Positions 26,928 to 39,992 of a stretch of DNA of 64,000 bases are shown piece after piece; position 1 is the first letter of the stretch, and the number at the start of each line of letters is the position of its first letter. This DNA is from Mizuhopecten yessoensis. Taxonomy: Eukaryota. The notes under the pieces were generated by a model. It made no database searches, had not been told where the DNA came from, and saw only the letters and a program-made list of their open reading frames with translations. The position numbers were made by a program, and so were the translations under genes. The stretch lies in NCBI RefSeq assembly GCF_002113885.1, contig NW_018406841.1:1-64000 (forward strand), written 5' to 3'.

Positions 26928-27209
26928 AACATCTACGTACGTATCTCAGGAATACGCCCAAACTGTTAACACCATAACACAGTTGTTCTCCTTCTACAGT
27001 TACTAAACAAATGATCAGTCAATAAGCAATCTTCACAAAATTAGTGCTATAATAATATGAATCATTTTGAAGTCAGATATTTAACATCCCTCTCAATACT
27101 GTCCATATTATATAGTATACCTACTTAATAAAGGAAGGTTTACTCTTAATAAACTAATATTTATAAAACAAAATAGTCCCTGGTATTTATACTTCTTCGT
27201 TCGTATTAC

Positions 27210-27285
27210 CTGTGATATAGGCGAACATAAGCACCGCCATGTACGTATATCCCAGTACATTGAGTCCATCTCGTCTACTGTCCAT
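27210..27285 (-). other. Orphan intact gene-A-type leader exon (MDSRRDGLNVLGYTYMAVLMFAYIT|G) inside a ~1.15-kb duplicate of the gene A 5' region
   Basis: 26928-28085 aligns by eye with 3691-4897. The exon is 76 nt with ATG and a GTAATA donor. Confidence 0.75.
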
Positions 27286-28818
27286 GGCTTCCCTCGCTGT
27301 TTGAAAAAGGGCAGGGAATTGTGACATGTCGTTCGGTCAAAGCTTCAACTTCTGTGTTCAAAAGTCCAGCTGGTACATTGTATACATCAAGACCGACAAG
27401 AAGGAAGTTACCGTAGAACATTCCTATTGAATGTTATTGTAGACTTAATATAGCACCATTGTATTCATCAAAACATGTTAAAGCTTTCTGAACGCAGCGG
27501 TGCATTGCCTTGTACTCAGTTAGTGTATAACGGAACAGAAATACAAATATGGCTGTTTCGATCAAGTGTTCAAACCCTTATTTCAAATGAACCTATCTTA
27601 CATGTTTTCTCAGCGAAGAAGTGAATATTAAGGTGTTATGTCTCAGTGAGATGCTTAAGAGTTCCGTGAAGCTTTGAGGAATCATTGCTGAAGATTATGA
27701 CAACAACTTATTACATATACCAATAAATGCATCTAGCAATGTAAATGTTTTGAAATTAAAAAACGTGGCACATTGCATGAATTGAAACTAAACGGTTATT
27801 GGTCTAAAAAAGGTTTCTATAAAGTCGTTTTAATAACAGAAGTTGATGAATTTTCATTTTGTAAGCATTTTTAGTGATGTCCATGTTAATTATCCATTTA
27901 AATCAAAAGCTATTCTAAATTGAGCAAAACGTTATCAATGGATAATTCAATTTTACTAAAAGTGGATAGCATTTTTTGTTCTTTCTTGTTATTTTGACTG
28001 AATGCTACAATAACATGACAGGCATGGGATGTTTTGAATTGGCATACGTCTTAGTAAAGATGACCTGAAGCTGCACCTGTGGACAAAGACTGTAACAATG
28101 CACTGAAAATCGATGAAAAAAAACATTTTACGACATTCTTGTATAAAAAAAAAAACAAAGAGGAAAGAAGCGTTATGATTTGATAAATAAGCGTTTTATA
28201 ACGGGATTCTAACCCTGGGTAGCAGTCTACTCACTTCTCAGTACTTTATATGTATTGTAAATGTAATGCAGTTTACAAATATATATACATGTATACAAGT
28301 CATGTGCTGTGTAGGGTAAATCCGCTGTGTTTACATTTCCTCGACATGTGCCTTGTTTATCAGAGTCGGGCCATTTCTACTGTACCCTGGACTTCAGATT
28401 GGTAAACTATCGGTCTAACCGACTGAGGTATCCAAGTCTTAGAGGTATCTCGAAAACGAAATTAAGGGAGAAGTAATTGTATATACGAAAAAGCAACATA
28501 GCAGTGGAACAGATCTCCTTAATAAGGCCATATAAGATAAATAAACAGTGACAAATTCTAGAAAAAAAACCTGTCAAGTGCTCTTTAAATTTTTCTATTT
28601 TATAAACATAAACTATCAATATAATTATTGTAAGACGCTTTTAAGAGATGCGACGCAAGATCATTCGACGAGGAACCTTAGCTACGAGTACGTCGGAGTC
28701 TAAAATCATATATCTGGTAAGTCAGTTTTCATGAAGTTAATTTTAAATTATTAGTAAAAGCAGGTGTTGGTTAACGTATGTGTGAGTAGAGTTAGATATG
28801 AGGATTATATAAAGTCGG

Positions 28819-29043
28819 GGCCATTATTCATGAAACCATTCTAAATACTCAAGCATAGATTTGTAGTTTGCTTATATCATGTGACACGGTGAGATAGTCA
28901 AGTGTTAATGTTTGAAATAGAAAAAAACTTGAAGACTCTCAATAATTCTTCCAAAAATGCTGAAAAATGTGATTTTTTTATTAGTTAACCAACCGAACAA
29001 AAAATTGAGTTTGAGCATGATAACGGTTTCATGAATACGGGCC
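28819..29043. mobile_element. MITE with GGCCC.TATTCATGAAACC terminal inverted repeats (PIF/Harbinger-like)
   Basis: TIRs ggccattattcatgaaacc / ggtttcatgaatacgggcc, CGG/CAG 3-bp flanks, absent from the paralogous intron near 23035. Confidence 0.6.
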
Positions 29044-29661
29044 CAGGTGGTAGCACACTGTCAATCTTCATTGTATTTTGTATTTTTTTATAATATTTTT
29101 TTTTAAGGGTTGGGGAACCCTGAAGTCAGTCCCCGAAACAAATATGGTGTCCTCATTGTAATAGGCTGATAAAAGAATAGTATTTTAAAATCCTCTTTAA
29201 AATAAAGATCAATATAAGAACATATTACCTCATAATGACGTCATTATAAACTAAATTTTATATTAATATAGCAACACGCATACATGTATACAAAATGTAT
29301 TAATCTAACGGAAATGTTACACACTTTGTTACACGATATATTTTGGAATGCCATACATCCTGATTTTTTTATATATATTCACAAAGGCATGGGTTTCCCC
29401 ATGCGAAAGTATATTCTCGAAACTTTCCTTTGGTGTATTTAGGTACAAAAACTATTTTTTATTTTTTATATGCGTATATATATAACTTGTATATGTACAG
29501 TAAGTGTATCCCTATCTATTATATAAATATTTTTTATCACAAGAGTTATAACAAACGACTTATTCTTCAAGTTGTCTGAGCCTTTAAATATGTGGTCTTT
29601 AACATAAACACCCATCCCTATCTCTCGAAAGGTAAGATGGGGTGGGGGTGTTAGTTATTAC

Positions 29662-30731
29662 CTGTTGTTCCATTTGTAACGGCTTCAGAACATACTGTCC
29701 CAGCTACATCTATTGTAAATACAAATTTTCATTAACAAAAACAAGAAGTTAACATTTTGGAGAAGAGTTATCCCTCTTTCCATAAACTTCTTAAGCTATA
29801 TACCTCACCGAGTAAACATTATAATAATAGCATTAATGTTATTTTTGTACTAAAAATACTTATACAAAAAATGGCTTGCACAAAGTTTTTAAACCTTATC
29901 AAGTCCTTGATTAAGAAGTAACATAATGGGTGTAATAGGGAGGAAAGGAGGAAGGAAAGGAAAGAAGGAAAGGAAAAAAGGAGGAGAGACAGAATAATTT
30001 TTATTAGGAATCGTTCCTACAAAATACGTGATTCGAAGGGAAGAAATTGTAGTTGATTACAGGATATATTTTATGATATTTCGCAAATAAATGACAAACA
30101 TCTTTTGAAAACATACCAAAAATATTATATTTTGACTGAAACAGCTAGAAAACATCTTCAATTAAAATTCTGCCATTACCACTGTGTTTCGTCGACTTCT
30201 GAAGTTATTGACCTATGTGAACAGTTAATTCCTTTTAAGTTACAATTGCCACAAAACGCATGCTCCAGATAACGTATGAGAGATTTATATACACGATTTC
30301 TATCAACACACTTGACCTTACAATTTCAAGATGAAGTTTGCACAATAGTTAGCCTCCAGTTACAAGCAAACCGAGGGGATATACGATCAAAACATCATAT
30401 TGTAAACAAGTGATTAATGTTGTAAAACTGTTTCATGTTGACTGTTGATCTCATGTTTCTGTCTTGCAGAAAGGACGGACTGCCCTAGAAATTTGACAAC
30501 TGTCGCTATCATTTCTTGCCAACATTCACACCCATATAAATGAATAACACCACCAGACCATTTGATTCTTACAACGTTTATAAATAGGCCAATTCCAGTT
30601 ACGATTATTTAGAGATTCCTAGAATGGGAAGTCCTAGATATTCCTCGGTACAAGATTCTCTGTAATGGAATACACTTACCTTTGTGCATATTCACCAATG
30701 TAGATATACATAACAAATACCACAACGTCAT
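29662..30731 (-). other. Orphan intact C/D-type exon 1 (30731-30680, MTLWYLLCISTLVNMHK|G) and exon 2 (29709-29662, DVAGTVCSEAVTNGTT|G), part of a duplicated 5' half-gene (~28085-35230)
   Basis: 52-nt and 48-nt exons with canonical splice sites. Flanks match 22380-25420 and 41870-45600. No exon 3 of its own. Confidence 0.75.
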
Positions 30732-31730
30732 TGCGTCCTCTGTTGTCAAACTGTGTAAATGAATCAGCATCAGTGTCAAAATCCCTTATTTTGTCATCAA
30801 TATAAGATTAGATTAAGACGATCTATTTTGATTACTAATATATCCGGAAAAAACAGACTAATTATCACTTTGCATTTTCGACACAGAATCTTGCGAGTTG
30901 AAATTTTGTAAACACTTCCACATCGTAGAGGCAACGACGAGAATCATTGTTATGCTAATTGGCCCCTGTCGGTTGTTCTCATTTACGTGTACTTCCTGGT
31001 ACAAATTTTCTTATCGTTTTATGGTTGAAACGTGGTTATTTTCGATTTAATTGTAAACTGTAACCATTTCTGCGACTTAAGTTTAAGACGACAGTTAGTT
31101 GACTTACCTTTTAAAAGAAAATGACAATTACATTATAGGATCAATACAATAAGCAACGGCGAGGTCTTCGATATTAAAACAAATTCATCTTATGAATCTG
31201 TTTTTTTGTGTTCGCACCACCTAATCTGCGTCTGAATTACGGTATGGACGAACAGTCGCCATATAGTGAATCTTCCGCTGCACGCAACATAGGTCTGTGT
31301 CAGAATGTAAAAGTCTAGTAAAAGTTATAAAGGACTCACACAACTAAATCATTTACTATATGCTATTACCAAACATTTTAGCTCATAACTTTAATATTTG
31401 AAGTTCAAAACTAGTGACAACTGTCTAGATTCATGAATACATGCAAAGGCTACAAAATGACTTTTTTTGGTAGGTTTAGTGGCATATTGGAGTGTCACAG
31501 CGCCAAGAAGTTGACAACCGGAAGTTTACAAGCAAAACCGGTGACCCAAAACAGAAACGCCCCCAGACATTTTGCCCCTGTGCAAATCCGCACACAGACA
31601 TGGAAATATATCAAACGTATATATTTTTCAAAAGTTAAATACCTGAACATTTCATTTATCTAAAAATCTGTCATCAGTTCCTTATTAAACTCCTTCAGTG
31701 GCCCAGTAATTAGCCGGAACTTATTTCAAA

Positions 31731-32173
31731 NNNNNNNNNNNNNNNNNNNNNNNNNNNNNNNNNNNNNNNNNNNNNNNNNNNNNNNNNNNNNNNNNNNNNN
31801 NNNNNNNNNNNNNNNNNNNNNNNNNNNNNNNNNNNNNNNNNNNNNNNNNNNNNNNNNNNNNNNNNNNNNNNNNNNNNNNNNNNNNNNNNNNNNNNNNNNN
31901 NNNNNNNNNNNNNNNNNNNNNNNNNNNNNNNNNNNNNNNNNNNNNNNNNNNNNNNNNNNNNNNNNNNNNNNNNNNNNNNNNNNNNNNNNNNNNNNNNNNN
32001 NNNNNNNNNNNNNNNNNNNNNNNNNNNNNNNNNNNNNNNNNNNNNNNNNNNNNNNNNNNNNNNNNNNNNNNNNNNNNNNNNNNNNNNNNNNNNNNNNNNN
32101 NNNNNNNNNNNNNNNNNNNNNNNNNNNNNNNNNNNNNNNNNNNNNNNNNNNNNNNNNNNNNNNNNNNNNNNNN
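31731..32173. other. Assembly gap (N run) flanked by a near-identical ~365-bp duplicate (31365-31730 = 32174-32545)
   Basis: Direct observation. Confidence 0.95.
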
Positions 32174-33125
32174 TTATTACCAAACATTTTAGCTAATAAC
32201 TTTAATATTTGAAGTTCAAAACTAGTGACAACTGTCTAGATTCATAAATACATACCTTGCAAAGGCTACAAAATGACTTTTTTGGTAGGTTTAGTGGCAT
32301 ATTGGAGTGTCACAGCGCCAAGAAGTTGACAACCGGAAGTTTACAAGCAAAACCGGTGACCCAAAACAGAAACGCCCCCAGACATTTTGCCCCTGTGCAA
32401 ATCCGCACACAGACATGGAAATATATCAAACGTATATATTTTTCAAAAGTTAAATACCTGAACATTTCATTTATCTAAAAATCTGTCATCAGTTCCTTAT
32501 TAAACTCCTTCAGTGGCCCAGTAATTAGCCGGAACTTATTTCAAACGTATGAAACACTTGCTGATTGGCTGATTTAGTTGTGTGAGTCCTATAAGACTAG
32601 GAAAGGCTAAACTTCAGTATCTTTATCTACCATCACTTATCTAGAGAAAATGATGTCAAAGTGTGAATACACATGTATACTGCACAACTGCCCGAGGTAT
32701 GTATCAAGAAGCGGACTACTTTTAATATACAGTTAGCGACTGTTGCAGAGTAGATCTAGGTAGCCGACGTATATATTGAATTACCCACCGGTGTGCAGCT
32801 GTCCATTATCGCTTGTATATTTTCCAAACTCGGGTGTTGGGGGAACTGGAATGTGACCTTATTTTGCAGTGGTGTAGCACTGCGCGACTCAGTAGGTGTT
32901 GGATAAAATTGATATTCCGTGATAGCGGGGATTGCGTGCATCAGGATAGTTGTTTATTTTTTGGGGGAACAGTGTACTAAATAAAGATGTATATTTTCCT
33001 TTTAAAACTTATTTTTATTAATTATGATAATATCGTAATATGTTTGCTTTGGATAAACAATTGATTTATAATCACATATCAATATCGCTTTTTATGTACA
33101 ATCAGGACGATAGGCCTAATATGCA

Positions 33126-33340
33126 CGGGTGGTGCAGTGGATAGCACACTTGCCTTTCACCAAGGCGGCCGGGGTTCGATTCCCCGATCGGACGTGAAAA
33201 GGTTTGGGTCACCTGCCCGATTACGTGGGTTTTCTCCGGGTACTCCGGTTTCCTCTCACACTAAGACCCCCACGCGCTAATATCCGGGCCAACAAGAAAT
33301 AACTTGTTTCATACTTGTTGTAAAATAAATAAGTTTATTA
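33126..33340 (+). mobile_element. tRNA-derived SINE with V-domain-like core
   Basis: A-box ggtgcagtgg, B-box ggttcgattcc, core gggttttctccgggtactccggtttcctc, A-rich tail. Confidence 0.8.
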
Positions 33341-36300
33341 TAACTGAAAAAGACATGTTTGCGCCCAGATTTTTTTTAAAGAAACTGATTGATTAATTGA
33401 TAGGTTTTACGCCGCTAGCGTAATAAAGTATTACACTGGCCTCTTTTTTAAACAGCCACTTGAACTGAGTTATGTAGGATTGATAAGTACTTCATAATAA
33501 TGCATGACGTGTTGTTTTACATATACTTCATATTGTATACCTTTGAGTTGTATAACGTTGTATTTATATGAGGCCATCAAATTACTTTGTAACAAAGTCA
33601 TTTCACATAACGTCTTCAGTAATCGTGCATCCTTTATGTGTGGACTTGTATATATAAAGGTAAGCCAGTGTGCAGTGTACCAAATCCGGGTGTCCTATAC
33701 TTAGCCTGACCTACTTACCAATGTGACACCGTATCATTCATTCAAGTAGCTAATGTGGTCATGTTACTTTTTTTTGTTTATTTGAGATTAATAAAAATTA
33801 GTATCGGGGATTAGAATAACAGAAAAAAATACTTGCTGAAGTCATGACGTCACTGTGATCCGCATAGAATTTGAAACCGCATTCTATATCCTATGTTGAA
33901 CGAATAATATATACCAACTGGTCCACTATTATAAAGGTACACCACTTAAAGATTACGTGCCCCCATACAAAACCGTACCTGCTTTGATTGTTGTTATATT
34001 ACAAACTCAAAACGGAAGGTAGCTGTCCTACTTTTGAAAATTCTCTGTAACCTATTTCTGAACATTTTTGTCCGTGACATTGAGAATCCCACTTGATCGG
34101 TCGGTTTCAAAACCAAGTTGCCAAGATCCAGATTTGGAAACAATGCCTGCAATCTATGCTCAAATATTGGGTGAGGGTAGCCTTATGGCAAACATATATA
34201 TCCATATAGATGCAGGTACCATTTTTGTTATCTAGGTTGTAATTATATATTAATTAAACTACACAGTAGACACCTCTCTAGAGTAACAATAATGTATTTG
34301 TAGACAAAAATGGACAAACATGGCAAGCAATATTTTTCGAACTATCACCTTCTCCTAAAATAAGAGAACATCTGTTTTACCAGTACTTTCTGTATTTTGA
34401 TTTTTCTATTGTAATTATATTTTGCAATTTCGTGTAAATAAATAATATGCTTTTCGAGATAAACCAAATATAAATATCTGTCAATATAACTAAGTTACAG
34501 TTATGGTTGAAGCCTTTAATTTTATTCTCAGGAATAAACCTTAAACAAAATATTAATATAATATCAGTGTTACCGTAATATTACAAGTTCATAAAAACCA
34601 TGACATTTTTTATACATCATAGGAGACTGGGTTTGTCTTGCTAACCTCTCAAATCTCTGTATAATTTTGTACGGACGATGCTTTTTTAAGTCCGTGTAAT
34701 GATTTCAACCCCATTTTCTATATCTTAAAAGAAATCACTGTTTTGATTTAAAACCGGTTTGTCGTCTGTCAACTGTTATTTGGTTTTATGTCAACAAAAA
34801 TATCTTAAGTAATTTACTGTAAATACAGTGCCGTACCTAACTGCTTTCAGAGCGAACCACAGAGTGATATGTGAATCAGCATGTTTACATTCAACATAGA
34901 ATTGTAAAGGTGGTCGTAATAGTCAAGTTATGGAAGAAATATCTAACATATGCCAGTACATGTTGTATAATCAATGATTTTTTTTAAATTATCCTCGTAA
35001 CATACTGAAATACAGAAGCAAATAGAAATATGAGCTCCCAAACCAAAACACCTTGCCTATGGGATCATATTCATAACCTGCTTTTGTAATGATAAGTAAA
35101 CTAGCGATGTAATACATAATAGATGAATGCACAAACAACACTACATAACAATATGTATGTCGTAGATTATGTCGCCAATTAATTCTGTTTAGGAACGTGA
35201 TTATAAAGATATATATCGTAAGTTACGTTAGACAAGCAAACATGCAACTGTATTTATAATACTAGTAGGCGATGTCTTCGAATTAAATTATTAGTAAGTC
35301 ACAAAGTTCACAAAGATATGTAATATATATTTCATCAAATTGTTCAACTTTGGGGACGACATCTAATATTTCTATTGCACCATATCTGAATCTGCAGATG
35401 CAACTATACTATCTATATGATACACTCATTGTGATTAGTTGATTTTAAAGATTTATAGCAAATATTACCATTTAATTTAAATATTCACAATTTTTCATTC
35501 TTGGTTACGAATATACATAATATTCCACCGGATTATTTGCTACCACAGATGTGTGTACTATGTATCAGGTATTTTGTGACAATTTAACTTTTTCTTTTTA
35601 GCTTCGAATCAACTAAGAAGCGTTTCTTGTATGTTTATATAACACTGTGACTTGGTAAATACACGTAATAACAACGATATAGTGTTATAATGAAACAGAA
35701 TTTGTTTTTAAATGATGTCAGTGCGTGAAGTTCTCAATATTGAGGATCTCTGCTCCACTAAAGGAAATAATGACTTACAAATGCATTAAAGCAGGTCGTT
35801 TGAGTTCAAAATTATCAGTCTTTGTGTTCTGACGTCCTGATACGTGTCGTCATTTCAACGTGATACTTTGTCATTTTGATCGGCAGAAGAATATATATCT
35901 CAAATATAGCAGTTGGCAGCTTACAGCCTCACAGAAAGAAGAAAAAAACACATACTTGCTGCTATATTTTCAAGTACGCTTATGGTATATATATATATAA
36001 TACATTATATCATTATTCCAAATATCTTTATTTAATATTCTGCCTTAAAAAAGGGCAAAATAGAAAAATTTGTTTAAGTCATACCAGCAATTTTACTTTG
36101 TTATCAATGCCGTAATCATGTACCTAGGTCAAATAGAACTAAACATTTATCATAATGGAGCACTGAATTTCAACTCAAAGCCGATAGGAAGAAGCAACAA
36201 TAGACATCAGTTATATCAAAACTAAAAGGAAAAATCAGAAACCCTCTGTAGAAACATATCGATGGTAAAATAGATCGCCTTTGAGTTGCTATCTTGTTTT

Positions 36301-36497
36301 TGTGTATTGATGCTGTGGTGTGTTTCTTTTTTACTTGTTTACCCTATCACTTCCATATTTCCCCAATTTATTGCTTTGTAACAATGGTCATGATACACTT
36401 GCTACGTAAATAAACGAAAGAAATTACAAACTTTATTTATTTTACAAACAATATTAACAGTAGAAAATTACAAGTTCATATTTCTGTCGACCATACA

Positions 36498-37029
36498 TAG
36501 TTTGATTTGGTTTGGTTTAGTATTGTTTACCGTCCTATCAACAACAGCTATGGTCATTTAAGGACGACCTCCCCTGCGTGCAAGATACATGCGTGTTGTG
36601 TATGCGAATGGTTTTTGGGAGGCTGCGATATGTTCGTGTTTGTTTCCTTGTGATAGCGCGGAACTGGTGCCGACTTTATAGTGCTACATGTACCTCACTG
36701 AAACATACTGCCGAAGACACCCAGCAGGACACCCCACCCGGTCACATTATACTGACAACGGGTGAACCAGTCGTCCCACTCGTCAATTGCTGAGCGTTAA
36801 GCAGGAGTAGAAACTACCATTTTTACAGACTCTGGTATGTCTCGGTCAGGGGACAGAACCCAAAGCCTTCCTCACAGGGGGCGAACGCTCAACTGAAGGC
36901 CAAAAGTGAGGCATTAGGAAGAAGAAAGTTGTTTAGAAAGAAGAGAAAAGATAAGATCCCAAATTTAGTCGCCTACGATCATGCAATGGGGGCAGCAGGT
37001 ACAATTATTACGCCCTACCTGCAGGGACG
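36498..37029 (-). mobile_element. SINE-type insertion (Meta-SINE-like core, (CAAAC)n tail) with 15-bp target-site duplication
   Basis: TSD tctgtcgaccataca at 36483-36497 and 37030-37044; empty site in the paralog near 55535; core cccggtcacattatactgacaacggg. 3' fragments of the same family occur at ~6082-6135 and ~6495-6565. Confidence 0.75.
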
Positions 37030-38534
37030 TCTGTCGACCATACACAACATGAACAGTGAAACCTCGATTAAATGCCACTCATTTCATTTGCCACCTCGTT
37101 TACTGCAAACATATTTCACATTTCCCTCAATCTATTGTCAAGCCCTTTTATAATGCCAAAACCTCTCTGGAATAATGGTGGCATTATAACGAGTTTTTGC
37201 TGTACATTAACTGACTAAATCTGTAATACACGAAAGAAGTTAGGGCTGACTAGGAATCAAAGTAACAATAATGTACAAACATGTACAAGTTTATATATAT
37301 TCTAAATACATTTTTGAAACAAATTACAATAAAGTCACAAATTGTTTGTAAAACTTTTCAGCAAACACACATTGCCAATTTAAATATTTATATTCATTCT
37401 AAAATTTCGTAATGAGTAACAAGCATTATCCATGCAATCCAATCAACAATGTTGAACTATTTTCATTGTTTCATTGTATTACTACGCTTCCTTTTACGTT
37501 ATCTGACACGCCATGTCTGTCCCTATGTAGAAATATTCGTTAAGTAACGTTATTCATAATCAATGTATGCATCATTTACAATAATTGATTCCACCTTTCG
37601 ATTAAACATTATTATTTTTACGTATTTCTTAGAAGAAAATGTTGTCCGATGTTATTTCATAAAGCAATACACTACTTACTTAAGAGATTCAAATACTTAC
37701 TATGAACATGATATATCCCCAAAACAGTCGTCTCATTTTTGTGATCTGATGAAACATTGTGCAGAAGTAATACACAAAACTTCACTTAGACCATTCATAT
37801 CCTATATATATATAAACCATGGTATAAAACAGAAACCACCATGGAATTTCGTTTGTCGGATGAAAGGATTTGGGGTGAACTTCTGGTGTACAGAATATGA
37901 ATATGTGGTATTTATGATTCCATCGCTGTATTGACGTACATCTGTCGAGTAGAGGTGTCGGCGTACAGGTTGGGAGGTTCCACCCGGGAGAGATCTAGAC
38001 TGTCATAATGGACAGGGTTTGGTGACGTCATGACGGCTTCAGTATACTCTGGCTGTTTCACGAGTGCAAGTCTTCTGCAAATATGATTGTCAAGCTTATT
38101 ACGGTTGTTGATATCGTTAAGTTTTACCTTGGTGGGCAAAAAGTCATTTACAGGCAAAATATATAGCACAAAAGTAAATAGATCAATTCTAAATGGTGCT
38201 ATGAAGGATAGCCTGTTAACGTCAAAGGAAATATGTGATAAGTAACATAATTCTGTACCATGTTACTTACTTTCTATAAAGGATAAAATGGACTACCATG
38301 GTTACAGTAATCAGTAGTGAGGTTACTACTAGAGGGACGACTACAGCACCTGGAAAATATACATATTGTTGTTATCTGTAACACAAATATTGGCTAAATT
38401 TGTTGCATAAAAAGTATACCACCTGAACTATGAGTTAGATCGACATGTTCAATCATTGTCCACAATAAGGAATCTCATTTATTTAACAAGTAACATAAAA
38501 AAAATATTTTAACTTTTATTAGCCAATTTTGTTT

Positions 38535-38665
38535 GCCCGCACGTTAGCGCACGTGGGCTTTAATGTGGAAGGAAACCTGGAAGGAGTACATGAAGAAAAC
38601 CCACGTGGTTTGGCAGGTGACCCCATATCTTTTAATGTCCGATCAGGGAATCGAACGCAGACCCC
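38535..38665 (-). mobile_element. Degenerate copy of the same SINE in gene D intron 4
   Basis: Reverse complement of the core and B-box (gggaatcgaac). The homologous copy in gene F is at 57170-57295. Confidence 0.65.
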
Positions 38666-39848
38666 CTTTTCGACGACTATCCATATTATTTATTAGAATG
38701 TCAGAAACCATACATAAAGTTAAATCCCTCGCCTAAAGCTGTTAAATTGCTCTGATCACAGACGAAAGAATTATCCATGAGTATACTTCGCAGAGAACGA
38801 TATATAAAGAGACACAATGTGTTACAACGGAGACAACAGGTTAATTGTTGTCCCTACTGTCTCTCCAAGCAAGAAGGCAAATATATATTATATTATATCT
38901 TATTATATAGTGGGAAAAGTTCACTTGAAAATATAAGTTTATTTAATAGCTAACAGTTATGAATTGAAATACATACTTAATGGATAACATTGCTGTAAAT
39001 CGTTTTGTTGAGCGCACTTTTGTCCTAATGTTGTCGATCCAGAATTAGTGCTGTTGTATGTGGTTGTCTCCCTTGACTGAGTGGTTGTCATCCTTGACTG
39101 GGTGGTTGTCTCTCTTGACTGGGTGGTTGTCTCCCTTGACGGAAGGGTTGTCTCTCCTGACTGACTGGTTGTTGTCCTAGACTGACTGGCAGTCGTTGTC
39201 TCCATTGGACTGGAAATTGTGAGACATGTTGTGGACAACGAAGACCCCGGACCTACCATTTGAAATAGAAATATGTGTAAGCCAAGTTAAATGTGTGCAA
39301 CTTAGTAAAAGATAAAATACTAGAAAGTACGTTATATAGCTTAAAGGTCACATCCGATATCAAACTTAAAGACCTAGTATCGATATTGCAACGCTCCAAA
39401 TATTAACTTGCACAAATGATGGGGATGACCTTGTGCAAGTGAATTGGATGGAAGCAAAGAGTAGTTTCTTTGTAACTAATTTTTTTTTAAATATTCAATG
39501 AAAATACCAGAACATGACAAAATTCAATAATGTGCTGTATAGATTATATCAGTTAAAGGTCATATCCGATTGAAAGCATGAAACTTGAAATTGAAATTGA
39601 AACATAAATAGAAGAATAACACAAATCACTTAACAATAACTTTCGGTAAAATGTATAACATGCAACATCTTAACACATTTCGGGAAACAGTATGACGTAC
39701 GCATTTAATAAATGTCTACCTTCTCTTTGGGATGGGGAATAGAAATTTGGGGGAAACATATCGACTGATTCCCGAATTACATATGCCTGTAAACATTTCT
39801 TAACGGTCTTGTATAAATTATTTATAATAGTGCATTGATATAGGGATC

Positions 39849-39992
39849 GAATGGATTTTTTTCATGTACACTGCGGCAATGAATAGCAGTAGCTGATCTA
39901 CATGTCCTGTGGAGCACGTCAATCCTCCTCAGAAGATATGTAGATCAGCTACTGCTATTCATTGCCGCAATGTACATGAAAAAAACCCATTC
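39849..39992. repeat. Near-perfect inverted repeat (~60-bp arms, ~25-nt spacer) in gene D intron 3
   Basis: ttcatgtacactgcggcaatgaatagcagtagctgatctacat pairs with atgtagatcagctactgctattcattgccgcaatgtacatgaa. Confidence 0.85.

Noticed and set aside
31365-32545. Duplicated 73-76-aa ORFs on either side of the N gap
   Set aside because: Near-identical sequence flanking a gap is most simply unmerged contig overlap, and the ORFs have no recognisable motif.
33128-33195. tRNA-like A/B boxes
   Set aside because: This is a SINE head continuing into a SINE core, with no complete cloverleaf evident.
37563-37934. Paralogous + strand ORFs at 37563-37934 and 56200-56433
   Set aside because: Antisense to the 3' ends of genes D and F; similarity is explained by the segmental duplication and their frames differ upstream.
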